Shown: positions 21,417-36,493, numbered from the stretch's first letter. The stretch: 64,000 bases of DNA from an uncultured delta proteobacterium (GCA_963765675.1 CAVXXK010000005.1:27170-91169), one strand, 5' to 3'. The notes: generated from the letters alone by a model not told the origin. A program made the numbers and translations.

Positions 21417-21536
21417 CTCGGTTCCTTGCGCGGATGGCGCGGCGTCGATGCTAGCGCCGCGCGCGATTTCCCGCGATAGCCCGGGCGCGAGCCGCGTGCT
21501 CTACTTGATCGCGGTAACCTCAAGGAGCGCAGCGCG

Positions 21537-22067
21537 ATGGACGTCAGCAAGATCACGCCGGGGCGGAACCCGCCCGACGAAATTCACGTGGTGGTCGAGA
21601 TTCCGCAGGGCGGAGTGCCGATCAAGTACGAGCTCGACAAGGTTTCGGGCGCGCTGTTCGTCAACCGCTTTCTGCACACCTCGATGTACTATCCGGCCAA
21701 CTACGGCTTTATTCCGAACACCCTCTCCGAGGACGGCGACCCCGCGGACGCGATGGTGCTCTCGCAGGTTCCGGTGGCTCCAGGAGCGGTCATCCGATGC
21801 CGTCCGGTTGGCGCACTGCTGATGGAAGACGAAAACGGCGTGGACGAGAAAATCCTCGCGGTGCCGGTCGATGAACTCAATCCATACTTCGACGGAATCA
21901 ACGAACTGGCGGATATGCCGCCGATCGTGCGCGACCAGATCGATCACTTTTTCCGCCATTACAAAGATCTGGAAAAAGGCAAATGGGTAAAGGTCAATGG
22001 ATGGGTCGATCGCGCCGCCGCGCGCGAGCTGATCAATCAGGCGATCGCGCGCTATCCAAAGAAGTAA
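21537..22067 (+). CDS. ppa: inorganic pyrophosphatase (family I)
   Basis: KYELDK, YPANYG, DGDPAD, DEK, FFRHYKDLE. Confidence 0.96.
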   Translation: MDVSKITPGRNPPDEIHVVVEIPQGGVPIKYELDKVSGALFVNRFLHTSMYYPANYGFIPNTLSEDGDPADAMVLSQVPVAPGAVIRCRPVGALLMEDENGVDEKILAVPVDELNPYFDGINELADMPPIVRDQIDHFFRHYKDLEKGKWVKVNGWVDRAAARELINQAIARYPKK

Positions 22068-22104
22068 CGGTGCGCCCCGCCCCGCTCGCCGCGCAATATC
22101 CACG

Positions 22105-23004
22105 ATGCCGGAATTGCCTGACATTACCGTGTACGTCGAAGCGCTTCGGGAGCGAATCTGTGCCCACACACTGAGCCGCGCATCCGTCAGATCTCCATTT
22201 TTGTTGCGTTCGGCCGAGCCTCCGCTTAGCGCCGCGTACGGCAAGACAGTCCGCGAAGTCAGACGGCTCGGCAAGCGAATCGCGATCGGACTCGACGACG
22301 GTCTATGGCTCGTGTTGCATCTCATGATCGCGGGGCGGCTTCATTGGGACACAGCCGCGCCCAAAGCAAAGGGCCGGAATATCCTCGCGGCGTTTGAGTT
22401 CGACAACGGATGGCTCTGGCTCACGGAAGCAGGCACGCAGCATCGCGCCTCGCTGCACTTGATCGCCGGGGAAGCCGCGCTCGCCGCGCTTAGTGCGGGC
22501 GGACTCGAGCCGCTCGCGGCCAGCCTGGACGAATTCGCCGCCGCGCTGCGCTCGGAAAACCACACGCTCAAGCGCTCGCTTACCGACCCGCACATCTTGA
22601 GCGGAATCGGCAACGCGTATTCCGACGAGATACTCCATCGCGCGCAACTCTCGCCGATCGCGATGACGCAGAAGCTCGGCGAGGCGGAGATCGCAAGGCT
22701 GTACGACGCCACGCGCGTGACACTGGTCGAATGGACCGATCGCCTGCGCGCGGAATCCGCCGGCGCATTCCCCGAAAAGGTTACGGCCTTTCGCCCCGAG
22801 ATGGCGGTGCACGGCCGCTACGGTTTGCCGTGTCCGCGATGCGGCGCCAAGGTTCAGCGCATCCGCCACGCGAACAACGAGACCAACTATTGCGCCCGAT
22901 GCCAGACCGGAGGCCGCTTGCTCGCAGACCGCGCGCTCTCGCGCCTCCTGCATGAGGACTGGCCGCGCACTCTCGACGAGATGGAAGCGCGCAAGCGTCG
23001 ATGA
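22105..23004 (+). CDS. Fpg/Nei family DNA glycosylase
   Basis: N-terminal PELPD, HLMIAG, H2TH GIGNAYSDE, zinc finger CPRC..CARC. Confidence 0.9.
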   Translation: MPELPDITVYVEALRERICAHTLSRASVRSPFLLRSAEPPLSAAYGKTVREVRRLGKRIAIGLDDGLWLVLHLMIAGRLHWDTAAPKAKGRNILAAFEFDNGWLWLTEAGTQHRASLHLIAGEAALAALSAGGLEPLAASLDEFAAALRSENHTLKRSLTDPHILSGIGNAYSDEILHRAQLSPIAMTQKLGEAEIARLYDATRVTLVEWTDRLRAESAGAFPEKVTAFRPEMAVHGRYGLPCPRCGAKVQRIRHANNETNYCARCQTGGRLLADRALSRLLHEDWPRTLDEMEARKRR

Positions 23005-23400
23005 ACCTAGAGTAGTCAGTCCGTCCTGAGTAATGATCGAATGCCAGTTCGCGGACTGTCAGAGCCGCCGCACTGACGACAAGCTAGTATCCACGCAGGA
23101 TCCGGGTCTGCTGATAAAGCTCAATTCGGTGGGTTCGTTTGGTATCTTTTGGGGTCGCCATCAAGACCCCGAAAGCAGTTTTTGCCTTGAAATCATTGGC
23201 TTTTCATTTCGCCGTTGGCTTCGTTTGGTCGACATTTTGGATAGTTAATATTTCCTTTCGCCGCTCGATCGCTTTACGCAATACCTACTCAATTCGTTCG
23301 CCATTCATCTCGCCCTCGCACCGCATTACTCAGTATACACGTTTAGTGCCAAATAGCAAGATTGATCTCATCCAGGATGAATCAAACATCGACTCGTTGT

Positions 23401-23438
23401 GATAGTCCCTCTCCCCGAAGATTGGGGGAGGGACTATC
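23401..23438 (-). terminator. hairpin downstream of the GST gene
   Basis: GATAGTCCCTCTCCC-loop-GGGGGAGGGACTATC inverted repeat. Confidence 0.5.
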
Positions 23439-23478
23439 CAACGCGCGCCAGTGCGAGGACGAAGCGGCGATCGACGGC

Positions 23479-24105
23479 TCAATTGCCCAGGTTGTACGCG
23501 CCGCCGCGTTCCAGCGCTTTCTTGTAGGCGGGGCGTTCGTGCAGGCGCTTGATCCATGCGTCGAGGTTTGGGTACGCAGCGCGCACTCCAAATGCACCTG
23601 CTACCTCGGCGACAAAACTCATCTGGATGTCCGCGCCGGTCAGGCTATCTCCAACCAGAAATTGGCGGCCGGCGAGCGACTTCTCGATGTACCCGAGATG
23701 ATTCGCGATCTCGCTGTCGATCCGCGGGCGCAGCGCGGCGCCGGACTCTCCCAGACGCGCGACGTAGAGATTTAGCATCAGCGGCAGCATCGCGGAGCCT
23801 TCCGAGTAGTGCAGCCATTGCTGGTACTCGTCGTAGGCGGGAGTGTTGGCGGGGGGCTGCAGGCGGCCGCCCCCATGATGGCGCAAAATATAATCGACGA
23901 TCGCGCCCGATTCGATAATCGTGCGTCCATCCTCGGTGATAACGGGAGATTTGCCAAGCGGATGAATCTCCTTCAAGGCCGGAGGCGCAAGGCGAGTCTG
24001 CGCGTCGCGTTCATACTTCTTGATCTGGTAGGCGAGTCCAAGTTCCTCGAGCAACCACAAAATCCGCTGCGACCGAGAGTCGTTAAGATGATGGACAGTA
24101 ATCAC
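23479..24105 (-). CDS. glutathione S-transferase
   Basis: SRSQRILWLLEEL, HPLGKSP, ESGAI, GDSLTGADI. Confidence 0.93.
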   Translation of the reverse strand: MITVHHLNDSRSQRILWLLEELGLAYQIKKYERDAQTRLAPPALKEIHPLGKSPVITEDGRTIIESGAIVDYILRHHGGGRLQPPANTPAYDEYQQWLHYSEGSAMLPLMLNLYVARLGESGAALRPRIDSEIANHLGYIEKSLAGRQFLVGDSLTGADIQMSFVAEVAGAFGVRAAYPNLDAWIKRLHERPAYKKALERGGAYNLGN

Positions 24106-24673
24106 GAAATTTTCTCCCTCAGCATAATCTGGCGTTAACAGATTCCTCTACGATCGCAGCCATAGCAACAAAGCCCCCCGGAATCTCGCGCTCAAGGCGT
24201 GGGCACCGGCCGGGTATCCAGGTTGGACGAGACACGCCGGTTGAGGATCGTTCGGGCTCGAACCGGCGATCGAATACTGCCCGTATTCTCGATTTCGGCA
24301 GAACCAGGTCTGCGCCTCCACAAAGACACGACCGCGGTCAGCACGGCGAGGAGGCCCACTGAAACCAAGAGAGGATTCGAGTGCAGCGCTCCAGTGCCGC
24401 CGGTTGTTCCTCGCTAACTATGCGAAACTATTGACTTTATTTCCAAATTTATGCATAAAATGTGTAAATGTGTGTCTAGAATTTGAAAAGCGGTTCTATG
24501 GCACTAAGAACGGATTAAACTATGATTTTGAGTGTCAAGTCCACGCCGAACATCGCATTTGCATATCGTCTGACCCGATGCGAATCTGATCGGCATTCAA
24601 ATTGGAAATTCCGATCTGGTTAGTGCTGGTTTACCCGGGGAAGAAGAAAGTGGGCAGGTACGGAGAAAAATCA

Positions 24674-26459
24674 ATGACCTCGGCCATTGCGCCCCCCACC
24701 ATGGTTCCCACGCCTTCGAATCGCAAGGCAGAGCGGGCTTATAGGATAGCGGGCGGGTACCCGATTCTCGTAGGCGCTCTGCTCCTATTACTCTCCGGAT
24801 TTGGCAGCAGCGCGTGTGCGCAAACCGTGGCGGTTATCAACTGGACGAATGCTCACCAGATTATCGACGGCTTTGGAGGAGCTGATACATTGGTCGGCCC
24901 GTTCACGCCGGCGCAGCAAGCCTTCTTTTTTGGGACAGGGGCAGGGCAGCTTGGACTGTCTTTACTGAGAACCCAAGTTCCCAACAATGGCGACGTTTCC
25001 GGAAATTGTTCGACGGTCAACGCAGGATGCGCCGGTCCGTACGTTAGTGATATGAAGGCGGTCATTGCGAACGGAGGAAGAGTCTATTCGTCTCCCTGGA
25101 CACCGCCCGCAATCTACAAAACAAACGGGCTCGCGACCTGTACCGGCGGTGGCGGCAATGGCGCTTTGGTAACTGACGACTATGCTGCGTATGCGACCTG
25201 GCTGGCTAATTATGTCCAGAGCTTAAAAACCGAAGACAACATTACTCTCTACGCGATATCCATCCAGAATGAGCCGAATATATGCACTAACTACGATAGC
25301 TGTTACTGGACCGCGTCCGATATCGATACTTTCGTAGCGATCAATCTGGGTTCCACGTTTGCGTCGGCTGGGTTATCCACGCTGATTTTCGCGCCGGAGG
25401 GCAGCGGCTACAACGAGACGAGTTTTTTGAGTAGTACCTGTGCTGGCGATTCGTCCTGTACTCAGTACGTCGCCGGCATCAATTGGCATGACTATGATGC
25501 CAATCTTAGCGGAACAAATACAATTGCCGCGGATCCCTACCCTTCCTACTGGCCTTCGGGCAAGAAATATTGGGAAACAGAAGCCTCTTGTTATACTGGA
25601 GGTGGACCGAGCTTCTGCCAAGCCGGGGTCCACAATGACATGGCAGATGCGCTCAATTGGGCGGCGGTGGTTGACCAGCGGATGGCCGTCGACGATGCGA
25701 ATGCATGGCTTTATTGGTGGCTGATCAACATCGGCAGCGACGATGACGAAGGTTTAGTGACCAAAGACGGCAGCATTGCAAAGCGTGCCTACATGATGGG
25801 GCAGTACAGCAAATTTGTGCGGCCCGGATATTACCGTATAGATGCGACGCATCTTCCAGAACCTCAGGTCAGCGTCTCGGCGTACCAGAACACTGCCACT
25901 AGCACCCTGGCCATCATTGCGACCAACTACAGCGGTTCTGAAGTATCTCAGAAATTCACCATCACCAACGCTCCGGCATTTTCGAGCCTGACTCCGTGGA
26001 TTACTTCCGCGAGTTTGAGTCTCGCCGAACAAGCTAGCGTACCGGTATCATCCAATTCGTTTACCTATACATTGCCTGCTGACAGCATTACGACGTTTTC
26101 CACGATCGCACCCGACGACTACTGTCGATGCCAAGCTCGAGATTTCGCCCAAGGTCTTGAAATTCGGCAAATCGGTCAAGGTCAATTCGGTCAGCAAGCC
26201 GAAGAAGGTGACGATCAAGAACGCGAGCTCGAGGAAATCCGCGATTACCGTATCCATCTCCGGTGAGACCTCGGTCGCGCCATTTGCGGTCGCCAATCAA
26301 TGCATTACGTCATTGGCGCCGGGACAGAGCTGTAAAGTTCTGGTGACCTTCAGTCCTACGAATACCGCGGCACAGAGCGGGGAGTTGATCATCAATGACG
26401 ACGAGCAGGGAGCGCCACAGCAGATCCCGCTGTCCGGTACCGGCAAGGCACCGAAATAA
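24674..26459 (+). CDS. secreted GH30 glycoside hydrolase (xylanase-like) with C-terminal ASH/Ig domain, +1 frameshift near 26111-26113
   Basis: IDGFGG, SPWTPP, IQNEP acid/base, WETE nucleophile, SKFVRPG. Removing one C fuses it to ORF 26157-26459 (SLAPGQSC.V.V.FSPT). Confidence 0.85.
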
Positions 26460-26490
26460 CGGATGTCGCGAAAATGTGAGGCGTGAATCT

Positions 26491-27348
26491 CTAGCCGAGC
26501 TTCATCGCCTCAAAACCTCCGATCATGTCCAGTATCTCGGTAGTGACGGCCTCCTGACGCATCCGGTTCATGGTGCGACTAAGTTCCGTCGCTTTGTTGG
26601 AGATATTTTCGTGCGCCGCCTCCATTGTGCGGAATCGTGCGGCGTTCTCGCTTGCGAATGATTCCATCGCGGCTGACTCGAGGATTGCGAACATGTATTC
26701 CTCCGCCAGCTCGTCGAGGAGCCGGCGCGGCTTCATGTTCACGATAGGAGGCAGCCCGTTTTGATTTTTTTCGACGGATGGCGTTTCTAACGGCAGAAGT
26801 TTCAATCTGACAAGCTCGGCGTGCTGACCAGCTGCTTCGCGAGTGAAGATCGCTTCGACGCTCGTAAGCGTTCCAGCGATGAACATCCGGTATAGCTCGG
26901 CCGCCACCCGGCGGGCCGTCGCGGTGACGCCCCCGCTATAAGTGGCCATAGGAAGTATCAGCGCGGGTACGAGTCCGCACTCGGAGGCACGCTGCGCTCC
27001 GCGGGTCCCGACGAAGATCAACCGGAGATTCGGCTCGGTCCGGGACGCGTTTATGGCGGCACGGATGACGGACTCGTTGAAGGCGCCGCAAAATCCATGC
27101 TCCGAGCAGAAAACGACGAGGCCGGGCTTCAGCACACTGCTGATGACCGAGGCAACATCTTTGTCTGGGACCAAAATCGCTGCCTCGCCAACTGCACTGC
27201 GGATTATGATGGAGTAATCGCGAATCGCATCGAGCGAGCGCTGGCTCTGCTGCATCTGCACCGCGGCCATCGCACGGAGTGCCGCGACTATCTCAAGCAA
27301 CTCCTTGAGCGAGGCGATTTGCGTGGCGATGTCCTGTGCTCGTGCCAT
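26491..27348 (-). CDS. atpG: N-ATPase gamma subunit
   Basis: SEHGFCGAFN, SENAARFRTM, RQEAVTTEI. Confidence 0.93.
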   Translation of the reverse strand: MARAQDIATQIASLKELLEIVAALRAMAAVQMQQSQRSLDAIRDYSIIIRSAVGEAAILVPDKDVASVISSVLKPGLVVFCSEHGFCGAFNESVIRAAINASRTEPNLRLIFVGTRGAQRASECGLVPALILPMATYSGGVTATARRVAAELYRMFIAGTLTSVEAIFTREAAGQHAELVRLKLLPLETPSVEKNQNGLPPIVNMKPRRLLDELAEEYMFAILESAAMESFASENAARFRTMEAAHENISNKATELSRTMNRMRQEAVTTEILDMIGGFEAMKLG

Positions 27349-27355
27349 CGTAGTG

Positions 27356-28915
27356 TCATTTTGTGGGAGCCTGCGTGATAGCGGAGCCGCCCAGATGCGC
27401 GATCAATTCCGCCATCAGACATCGCAGAGCCACATGTGTATCGTCGTCGAGTTCACCGGTCGATTTAATCCGTTCAATCAGCGCAGCATTTGTTTCGCCA
27501 AGCTTTTGCGCAAGCGAGTTGCGGAGTTCGGTCACCTTATTCAAGGGCAACGGATCGAGCATCGCCTCGTTGAGGGCCAGAAGCAGCGCAACTTGATGAG
27601 GCATCGCCAACCCCGAGAATTGCGGCTGTGTCAGGACGGCGCGGATCCGGCGGCCGTGTTCAATGATGCGGCGCGTACGCTCGTCAACCATACCGCCGAA
27701 GCGCGTGAAAATCTCCAGTTCGAGAAACTGCGTATACTCAAGGCGCAGGTTCTCCGCCAGCTTGCGCAAGGCCGGGGCCTGGGTTTTGCCGCCCACGCGC
27801 GACACGCTTTTTCCGACATTGATGGCAGGCTTCTGGCCCTCCTGAAAAAGCCGGGGCTCGAGAACGATCTGCCCGTCGGTAATCGAAATCAGATTGGTCG
27901 GAATGTACGCCGAGATGTTGCCCTCTTCGATCGCGGCAATCGGGAGCGCCGTGAGCGAACCGCCACCGCGCTCGTGGCTCAACTTCGCCGCGCGTTCGAG
28001 CAGGCGGGAATGGATATAGAAGATGTCTCCCGGGTAAGCTTCCCGTCCGGGCGGATTCCGTAACAGCAGCGAGAGCTGCCGATAAATGACGGCGTGGCTG
28101 GTGAGATCGTCGATAACGAGCAGCGCATCGCCGCCGCGTTCGCTGAAATACTCCGCCATCGTGCAGGCAGCATACGGCGCGAGCCATTGCAGCCCCGGAG
28201 GATCATCCGATGCGGCGATCACGAAGATGCATCGCTCAGGCGCACCGTAACCTTTGACCGCTTCGATTACCTGAGTGACGGAAGAGATCTTCTGCCCGAC
28301 CGCGCAGTATACGCATATAACGCCCGAGTCGCGCTGATTGACGATCGTATCGAGGGCGATCGCGGTCTTGCCGGTCTCGCGGTCGCCGATGATCAGCTCG
28401 CGCTGGCCCCGTCCAAGCGCGAGCATGGAATCGATCACCACCAGCCCGGTCTGGAGCGCCTGGCTCACGAGGTCGCGCTCGATGATGCCCGGGGCGGCCC
28501 TTTCGACCGGTTCGAAATTTTTGAGCTTTAGTTCCGCGCCGCCGTCAAGCGGAATACCGAGTGGATTAACCACGCGCCCCAGCAGCATCTCTCCAACCGG
28601 CACTCTGGCGACCGCTCGAGTTCCGCGAACGCGATTGCCCGCCGCGATTCCTTCCGCCGGGCCGAGCATGGCACAACCGATTAGATCGCGATCCAGCGCG
28701 AGCGCCATCCCCGTTACAGGTTGGCCGCCGTCTTTTCGTTCGAACAGCAGCAACTCATTGAGTCGCGTCGTTGGCAGGCCGGATACCGTCGCAACCTCGT
28801 CGCCGATGCTCTCGACGCACCCGAGCAGATCGACCGTTGGCGCGGGAATGAGATTCTCAACGCGCCGCGCGGCTTCATCCAACCGTTGCCTCACATTCTC
28901 AGACAGCGTGCTCAT
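27356..28915 (-). CDS. atpA: N-ATPase alpha subunit
   Basis: GRGQRELIIGDRETGKT, PPGREAYPGD, SVSRVGG. Confidence 0.96.
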   Translation of the reverse strand: MSTLSENVRQRLDEAARRVENLIPAPTVDLLGCVESIGDEVATVSGLPTTRLNELLLFERKDGGQPVTGMALALDRDLIGCAMLGPAEGIAAGNRVRGTRAVARVPVGEMLLGRVVNPLGIPLDGGAELKLKNFEPVERAAPGIIERDLVSQALQTGLVVIDSMLALGRGQRELIIGDRETGKTAIALDTIVNQRDSGVICVYCAVGQKISSVTQVIEAVKGYGAPERCIFVIAASDDPPGLQWLAPYAACTMAEYFSERGGDALLVIDDLTSHAVIYRQLSLLLRNPPGREAYPGDIFYIHSRLLERAAKLSHERGGGSLTALPIAAIEEGNISAYIPTNLISITDGQIVLEPRLFQEGQKPAINVGKSVSRVGGKTQAPALRKLAENLRLEYTQFLELEIFTRFGGMVDERTRRIIEHGRRIRAVLTQPQFSGLAMPHQVALLLALNEAMLDPLPLNKVTELRNSLAQKLGETNAALIERIKSTGELDDDTHVALRCLMAELIAHLGGSAITQAPTK

Positions 28916-29654
28916 TACGAATCAATTCCCGTTGCGCGTCGGCTAAAGCGTCGCGCCAACTGAAATGCAGAACCGCATGAGGAAACTTCAGCTCCGCGCC
29001 GGCAATCAGATCCTTGTCAGTGGCAAACGTGATTTGCGAATGCCCGAGTCGTTCACTCAGTGCCGCGCGCCATTTGGACTCACCCGCTGGGCTCAGCGGA
29101 TATGCGGTCGTCACGATCAGTTGCGCGCCGTCGCGTCCGAACTCGCTGGCAAACGCTGCGCGGTCAGCCGCCGCCAGATGGTCCAGATGATCAAGCACGC
29201 GTTCCAGGAATAGTTCGTCGAGACCCGGCGCAAAGAACTGCTGCAAGAGTCGTTGCGCGAGTCCGACGGCAATTTGTATCGAGCGTTCGAACAGTTCACG
29301 CGACGCGGTGTCCCGTTCTTCCTCCACCCGCTTGGAGGCGGCAGCTTTCAGCTTCTCGATGTCGGTGCGCGCCGCTTCGATCAAATTCGCACGTTCGGCG
29401 GCAAGCTGAGTACGTGCTTGATCGATAATGGCTTGCCGTTCGGACGCGATTTGAGCCTGGCGCGACTCGAAATCCTTACGCGCCGCTTCGGCGCTTTGGC
29501 GAGCGGTTTCCGCCTCGGACTGAACCCGAGCGATTTCCGTTTTGCGCTCGGCAACGATCGCGCCCACCGGCTTGAATAGGAAGCGCTTGAGCAGCCAGAC
29601 CAGGACGAGAAAGTTAATCGCCTGCAGCGCAAATGTTGTCCAACTGAAAGACAT
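28899..29654 (-). CDS. atpF: N-ATPase b subunit (long, with delta-like C-terminal domain)
   Basis: WTTFALQAINFLVLVWLL TM helix, coiled coil, DLIAGAEL. Confidence 0.92.
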   Translation of the reverse strand: MSFSWTTFALQAINFLVLVWLLKRFLFKPVGAIVAERKTEIARVQSEAETARQSAEAARKDFESRQAQIASERQAIIDQARTQLAAERANLIEAARTDIEKLKAAASKRVEEERDTASRELFERSIQIAVGLAQRLLQQFFAPGLDELFLERVLDHLDHLAAADRAAFASEFGRDGAQLIVTTAYPLSPAGESKWRAALSERLGHSQITFATDKDLIAGAELKFPHAVLHFSWRDALADAQRELIRNEHAV

Positions 29655-29899
29655 CAGCGGACGGCGAAAGGATTGGCGAACAGCAGCAGCAATGCCACGA
29701 CCAGGCAGTAAATGGCCATCGTCTCGATCATGGCCAGGCCTACGAAGAGCGTGCGCGACAACGCACCCGCCGATTCCGGCTGCCGTGCGATACCCTCCAT
29801 CGCCGCCGCAATCGCGCGCCCTTCGGCGAGGGCCGGACTGATCGAGCCGACCGCGACAGCCACCACGGCGCCAATTATGCTGATCACCTGCACGGTCAT
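29654..29899 (-). CDS. atpE: N-ATPase c subunit
   Basis: PALAEG, ARQP loop, MIETMAIY. Confidence 0.95.
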   Translation of the reverse strand: MTVQVISIIGAVVAVAVGSISPALAEGRAIAAAMEGIARQPESAGALSRTLFVGLAMIETMAIYCLVVALLLLFANPFAVR

Positions 29900-29915
29900 A
29901 ACTGATCCTCCATTA

Positions 29916-30584
29916 CTACTTCTCGATTGAACCGACTGCGCCACCGATATAGACCGCCGCCAGCACCGTGAATATGTAGGCCTGCACGAGGCCAACCAGG
30001 ATTTCGAACGCCATGAACGGAATTGGCACCAGCAATCCAGCCAGCGCCACTACTATCGCGATGACGAGTTCGTCACTCATGATATTGCCGAACAGCCTCA
30101 TCATCAGCGAGAACGAACGGGTGAATTCCGAGAGTATGTTGAGTGGCAGCAACAGCGGATTGGGCTTCAGATAGCCCTTGAGATAACCTCCGAGCCCATT
30201 CTGCTTCACGCCGAAAACATGCACGGAGAAAAAGACGATTACGGCCAATGCCGCCGGGGTTTCGATCACAGCGGTAGGTGCGCGAACTCCGGGCAGGACG
30301 CCCGAGAGATTAGCTACGACAAGAAACACGAATAGCGAGCCGAGCAGCGGCACAAACGGCGCTGGGTCGCGATTGACTATTCCTCGAACCTGCTCCTCGA
30401 TGGCGCCCACGAGCGTCTCAATCATCGCCTGCACGCTATTGGGTACCGCGCTCAATCGGCGCGTCGCGAGACGGCACGCGATAGCCAATACCGCTATCAG
30501 CACCCAGGTCGTGACGACAGGACCCGTAATCGGAACCGGGCCGATGCGAAACACGACCATCGCTTCGAGGGGAGAACCGATCAC
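29916..30584 (-). CDS. atpB: N-ATPase a subunit
   Basis: [22 protein letters not shown]. Confidence 0.95.
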   Translation of the reverse strand: MIGSPLEAMVVFRIGPVPITGPVVTTWVLIAVLAIACRLATRRLSAVPNSVQAMIETLVGAIEEQVRGIVNRDPAPFVPLLGSLFVFLVVANLSGVLPGVRAPTAVIETPAALAVIVFFSVHVFGVKQNGLGGYLKGYLKPNPLLLPLNILSEFTRSFSLMMRLFGNIMSDELVIAIVVALAGLLVPIPFMAFEILVGLVQAYIFTVLAAVYIGGAVGSIEK

Positions 30585-30865
30585 GACACCCCCTCTAACA
30601 CCGCAGTTTTCGTAATGATGGCGAAAATCCTCACCAACTGAAATCCGGCCAAGGCTGAAAACAATGGCGCGGCGCCTAATTCGGCAAATCCAAGGAAAAC
30701 TACTGCGATGACGACGAATCGCGTCAGGTGAATGAACGACGCAAGCCGGGTTGCGGCGTTCCTGCTATAGAGGCGAACGTTCCATTCGAGCGCGCCGAAG
30801 AATGCCGCCCCGAATGCCGCTCCCAGGATGAGACAACCCAATAGTTTCAGATCAAGGATATTCAC
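30581..30865 (-). CDS. atpR: N-ATPase AtpR membrane subunit
   Basis: Small hydrophobic ORF (FFGALEWNVR..R...GF..R) at the atpR position. GTG start overlaps the atpQ stop. Confidence 0.8.
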   Translation of the reverse strand: MNILDLKLLGCLILGAAFGAAFFGALEWNVRLYSRNAATRLASFIHLTRFVVIAVVFLGFAELGAAPLFSALAGFQLVRIFAIITKTAVLEGVS

Positions 30866-31170
30866 GCGTCCGCCTGCATCCTTTTCCAGACCATGTAAAA
30901 GCCCACCGCCGCACCGAGGAAGACAAGAGTTGCGCTCCAGAAAACTCCGGAGTGAAAGGTCCGGTCCAGCCATCGGCCAATGAAAGCGCCCAGTAACGTT
31001 GGACCAACTATGGTCCATCCGAACCTACCCATCATCCCGAGGGCACGTCCGAGCGGCAGTTCGCCGGTTCGTTTCCAGTATTCGTGTCTGGCACTGATTT
31101 GATCGACAACGTTCACCAGCTTGCGTTCCTCCGGGTCGGAAGGTCCGCCACTTTTGCCATCCGGCGTCAC
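30862..31170 (-). CDS. atpQ: N-ATPase AtpQ (AtpZ/AtpI family)
   Basis: GWTIVGPTLLGAFIGRWLD. Confidence 0.88.
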   Translation of the reverse strand: MTPDGKSGGPSDPEERKLVNVVDQISARHEYWKRTGELPLGRALGMMGRFGWTIVGPTLLGAFIGRWLDRTFHSGVFWSATLVFLGAAVGFYMVWKRMQADA

Positions 31171-31595
31171 GGTTTGCGCACCAGCGGATCCCGTCGCTGC
31201 TCGCCGGGACGCAGATAGCGATAAAGCTTCTGAATCGCGGCGCGCTGCAGGCCCAAAGCTCCGAACCGCGCGGCCTGTTCCGTTTCCGCGTTTTTCTTCA
31301 TGTGCGCTAGAACGACCTCGCGAAGATCTTTGAGGTTCTCGCCGAGAACGGCCTCGCGCGTCGCAACCTCCACGGAATTGCCGTTACGCGCACGAAAAAC
31401 GCCGCCACGAACCGCTGCCCAACGTTCCAGGCCGGTCGCGTCACGCCAGGTCAGCACGCTGATCGCGAGTGCGGTCAGGAAATCCGCGTGTTCCTGCTGT
31501 ATCCCGAACGCTCCGGTCGAATCCTCGGCGCGCACGTAGCTGACATTGTCAGCGTCCACTACGATCGCGGTGGGTGTGGTGATGACTAGTTTCAT
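31167..31595 (-). CDS. atpC: N-ATPase epsilon subunit
   Basis: MKLVITTP, RAEDSTGAFGI...HADFLTAL, VRGG. Confidence 0.9.
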   Translation of the reverse strand: MKLVITTPTAIVVDADNVSYVRAEDSTGAFGIQQEHADFLTALAISVLTWRDATGLERWAAVRGGVFRARNGNSVEVATREAVLGENLKDLREVVLAHMKKNAETEQAARFGALGLQRAAIQKLYRYLRPGEQRRDPLVRKP

Positions 31596-31605
31596 CGGGA
31601 CTTTT

Positions 31606-35546
<3,941 letters not shown>

Positions 35547-35660
35547 GAATTTTTTCGCTTCGTCACGTTCGCGAATTGAGAAGAAAGAACGCAAGTATCA
35601 TCAGTCTCCACGATCGATATTCAAAACCATGAATTGAATACATTTTGATATTCCTGGCCA

Positions 35661-35675
35661 GCAATCCGTATGCCG
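35661..35675 (-). promoter_or_regulatory. sigma54 -24/-12 promoter for the glgP-atp operon
   Basis: CGGCATACGGATTGC (GG-N10-GC). Confidence 0.65.
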
Positions 35676-35761
35676 CCATCCTTGCAACGATTTGCATATC
35701 GCATAGCCCGATTTCTCACCATCACGCGCCGGTCAAGATAAATCGGCGCTCTTGCCGAGAA

Positions 35762-35809
35762 TGTATCCGAACGCGCCATAACGCGGATTGACTGATTCCA
35801 ATCGAGACG
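35762..35809. promoter_or_regulatory. tandem putative activator (UAS) sites
   Basis: TGTATCCGAACGCGCCA (35762) and TGATTCCAATCGAGACG (35793), between two divergent sigma54 promoters. Confidence 0.5.
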
Positions 35810-35861
35810 CTTGGATCGGCGGTAGTCCGGGAATCTAAGCATCCGGGGATCAGGACTGGCG

Positions 35862-35876
35862 TGGCAACCTAATTGC
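35862..35876 (+). promoter_or_regulatory. sigma54 promoter for cytochrome c
   Basis: TGGCAACCTAATTGC. Confidence 0.65.
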
Positions 35877-35967
35877 TCGTTGTTGAAACGATTTACGATG
35901 ATTCGAATCGCAGGACTCAATCGCCGGGAGAACCAAGGCATGACGAAGCAGAATTTCAACTCGCCTG

Positions 35968-36405
35968 GTGCGCGGTCGCGACTTGGTAGCCGCGATCCGC
36001 ATATGCGCGCCTGGCGCTATCGGCATAGCTGCGATGCTCACATTGGCGACCGGTACGGTGAGCGCCACTGAGCCTCCCGGGAAAGCCGATTATCAGCGTT
36101 ACTGTGCCGATTGCCACGGCCAAGACGCGAAAGGAAATGGACAGCTCAAGACAATGGTTCCGATGACGCCGCCGCCGAGCGACCTGACCTTGCTCGCGAG
36201 CGAGCACGGCGGAAAGTTTCCATTCGATGAAGTGGTAAATGCGATCGATGGGCGAAAGGCGATTCCTTCACACGCACGTATCCAGATGCCTTTCTGGGGC
36301 GTAACCCTTCAAAAACCCGGCGAGGAATTCACACCTCCGAGCGATGCCGAAGTAAAACGCAGGATCGATGCGATGGCAACATACATAGAAAGCCTCCAAC
36401 GATGA
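35968..36405 (+). CDS. monoheme cytochrome c
   Basis: Signal peptide, CADCH, distal Met in QMPFWG. Confidence 0.88.
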   Translation: MRGRDLVAAIRICAPGAIGIAAMLTLATGTVSATEPPGKADYQRYCADCHGQDAKGNGQLKTMVPMTPPPSDLTLLASEHGGKFPFDEVVNAIDGRKAIPSHARIQMPFWGVTLQKPGEEFTPPSDAEVKRRIDAMATYIESLQR

Positions 36406-36493
36406 GTATTGCGTCGCGAAGGCGGCAAGATTGGCATCCGTCAAGTTTCCGGGGCTTTTTCTTTGCAATAGTTCATCGAGTGCCAGACTTCCT

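Noticed and set aside
24140-24420. attL/attR copy of the tRNA-Leu 3' end
   Set aside because: No match to TGCCGGGGGCGGGGATCG found by eye here or elsewhere.
29654-29899. Na+-translocating assignment for the N-ATPase
   Set aside because: The ETMAIY motif matches the proton-selective Burkholderia type. Na+ use is not supported.
36420-36490. TGGCA-containing sites near 36433 and 36485 as sigma54 promoters
   Set aside because: No GC at the -12 spacing, and they lie between convergent gene ends.
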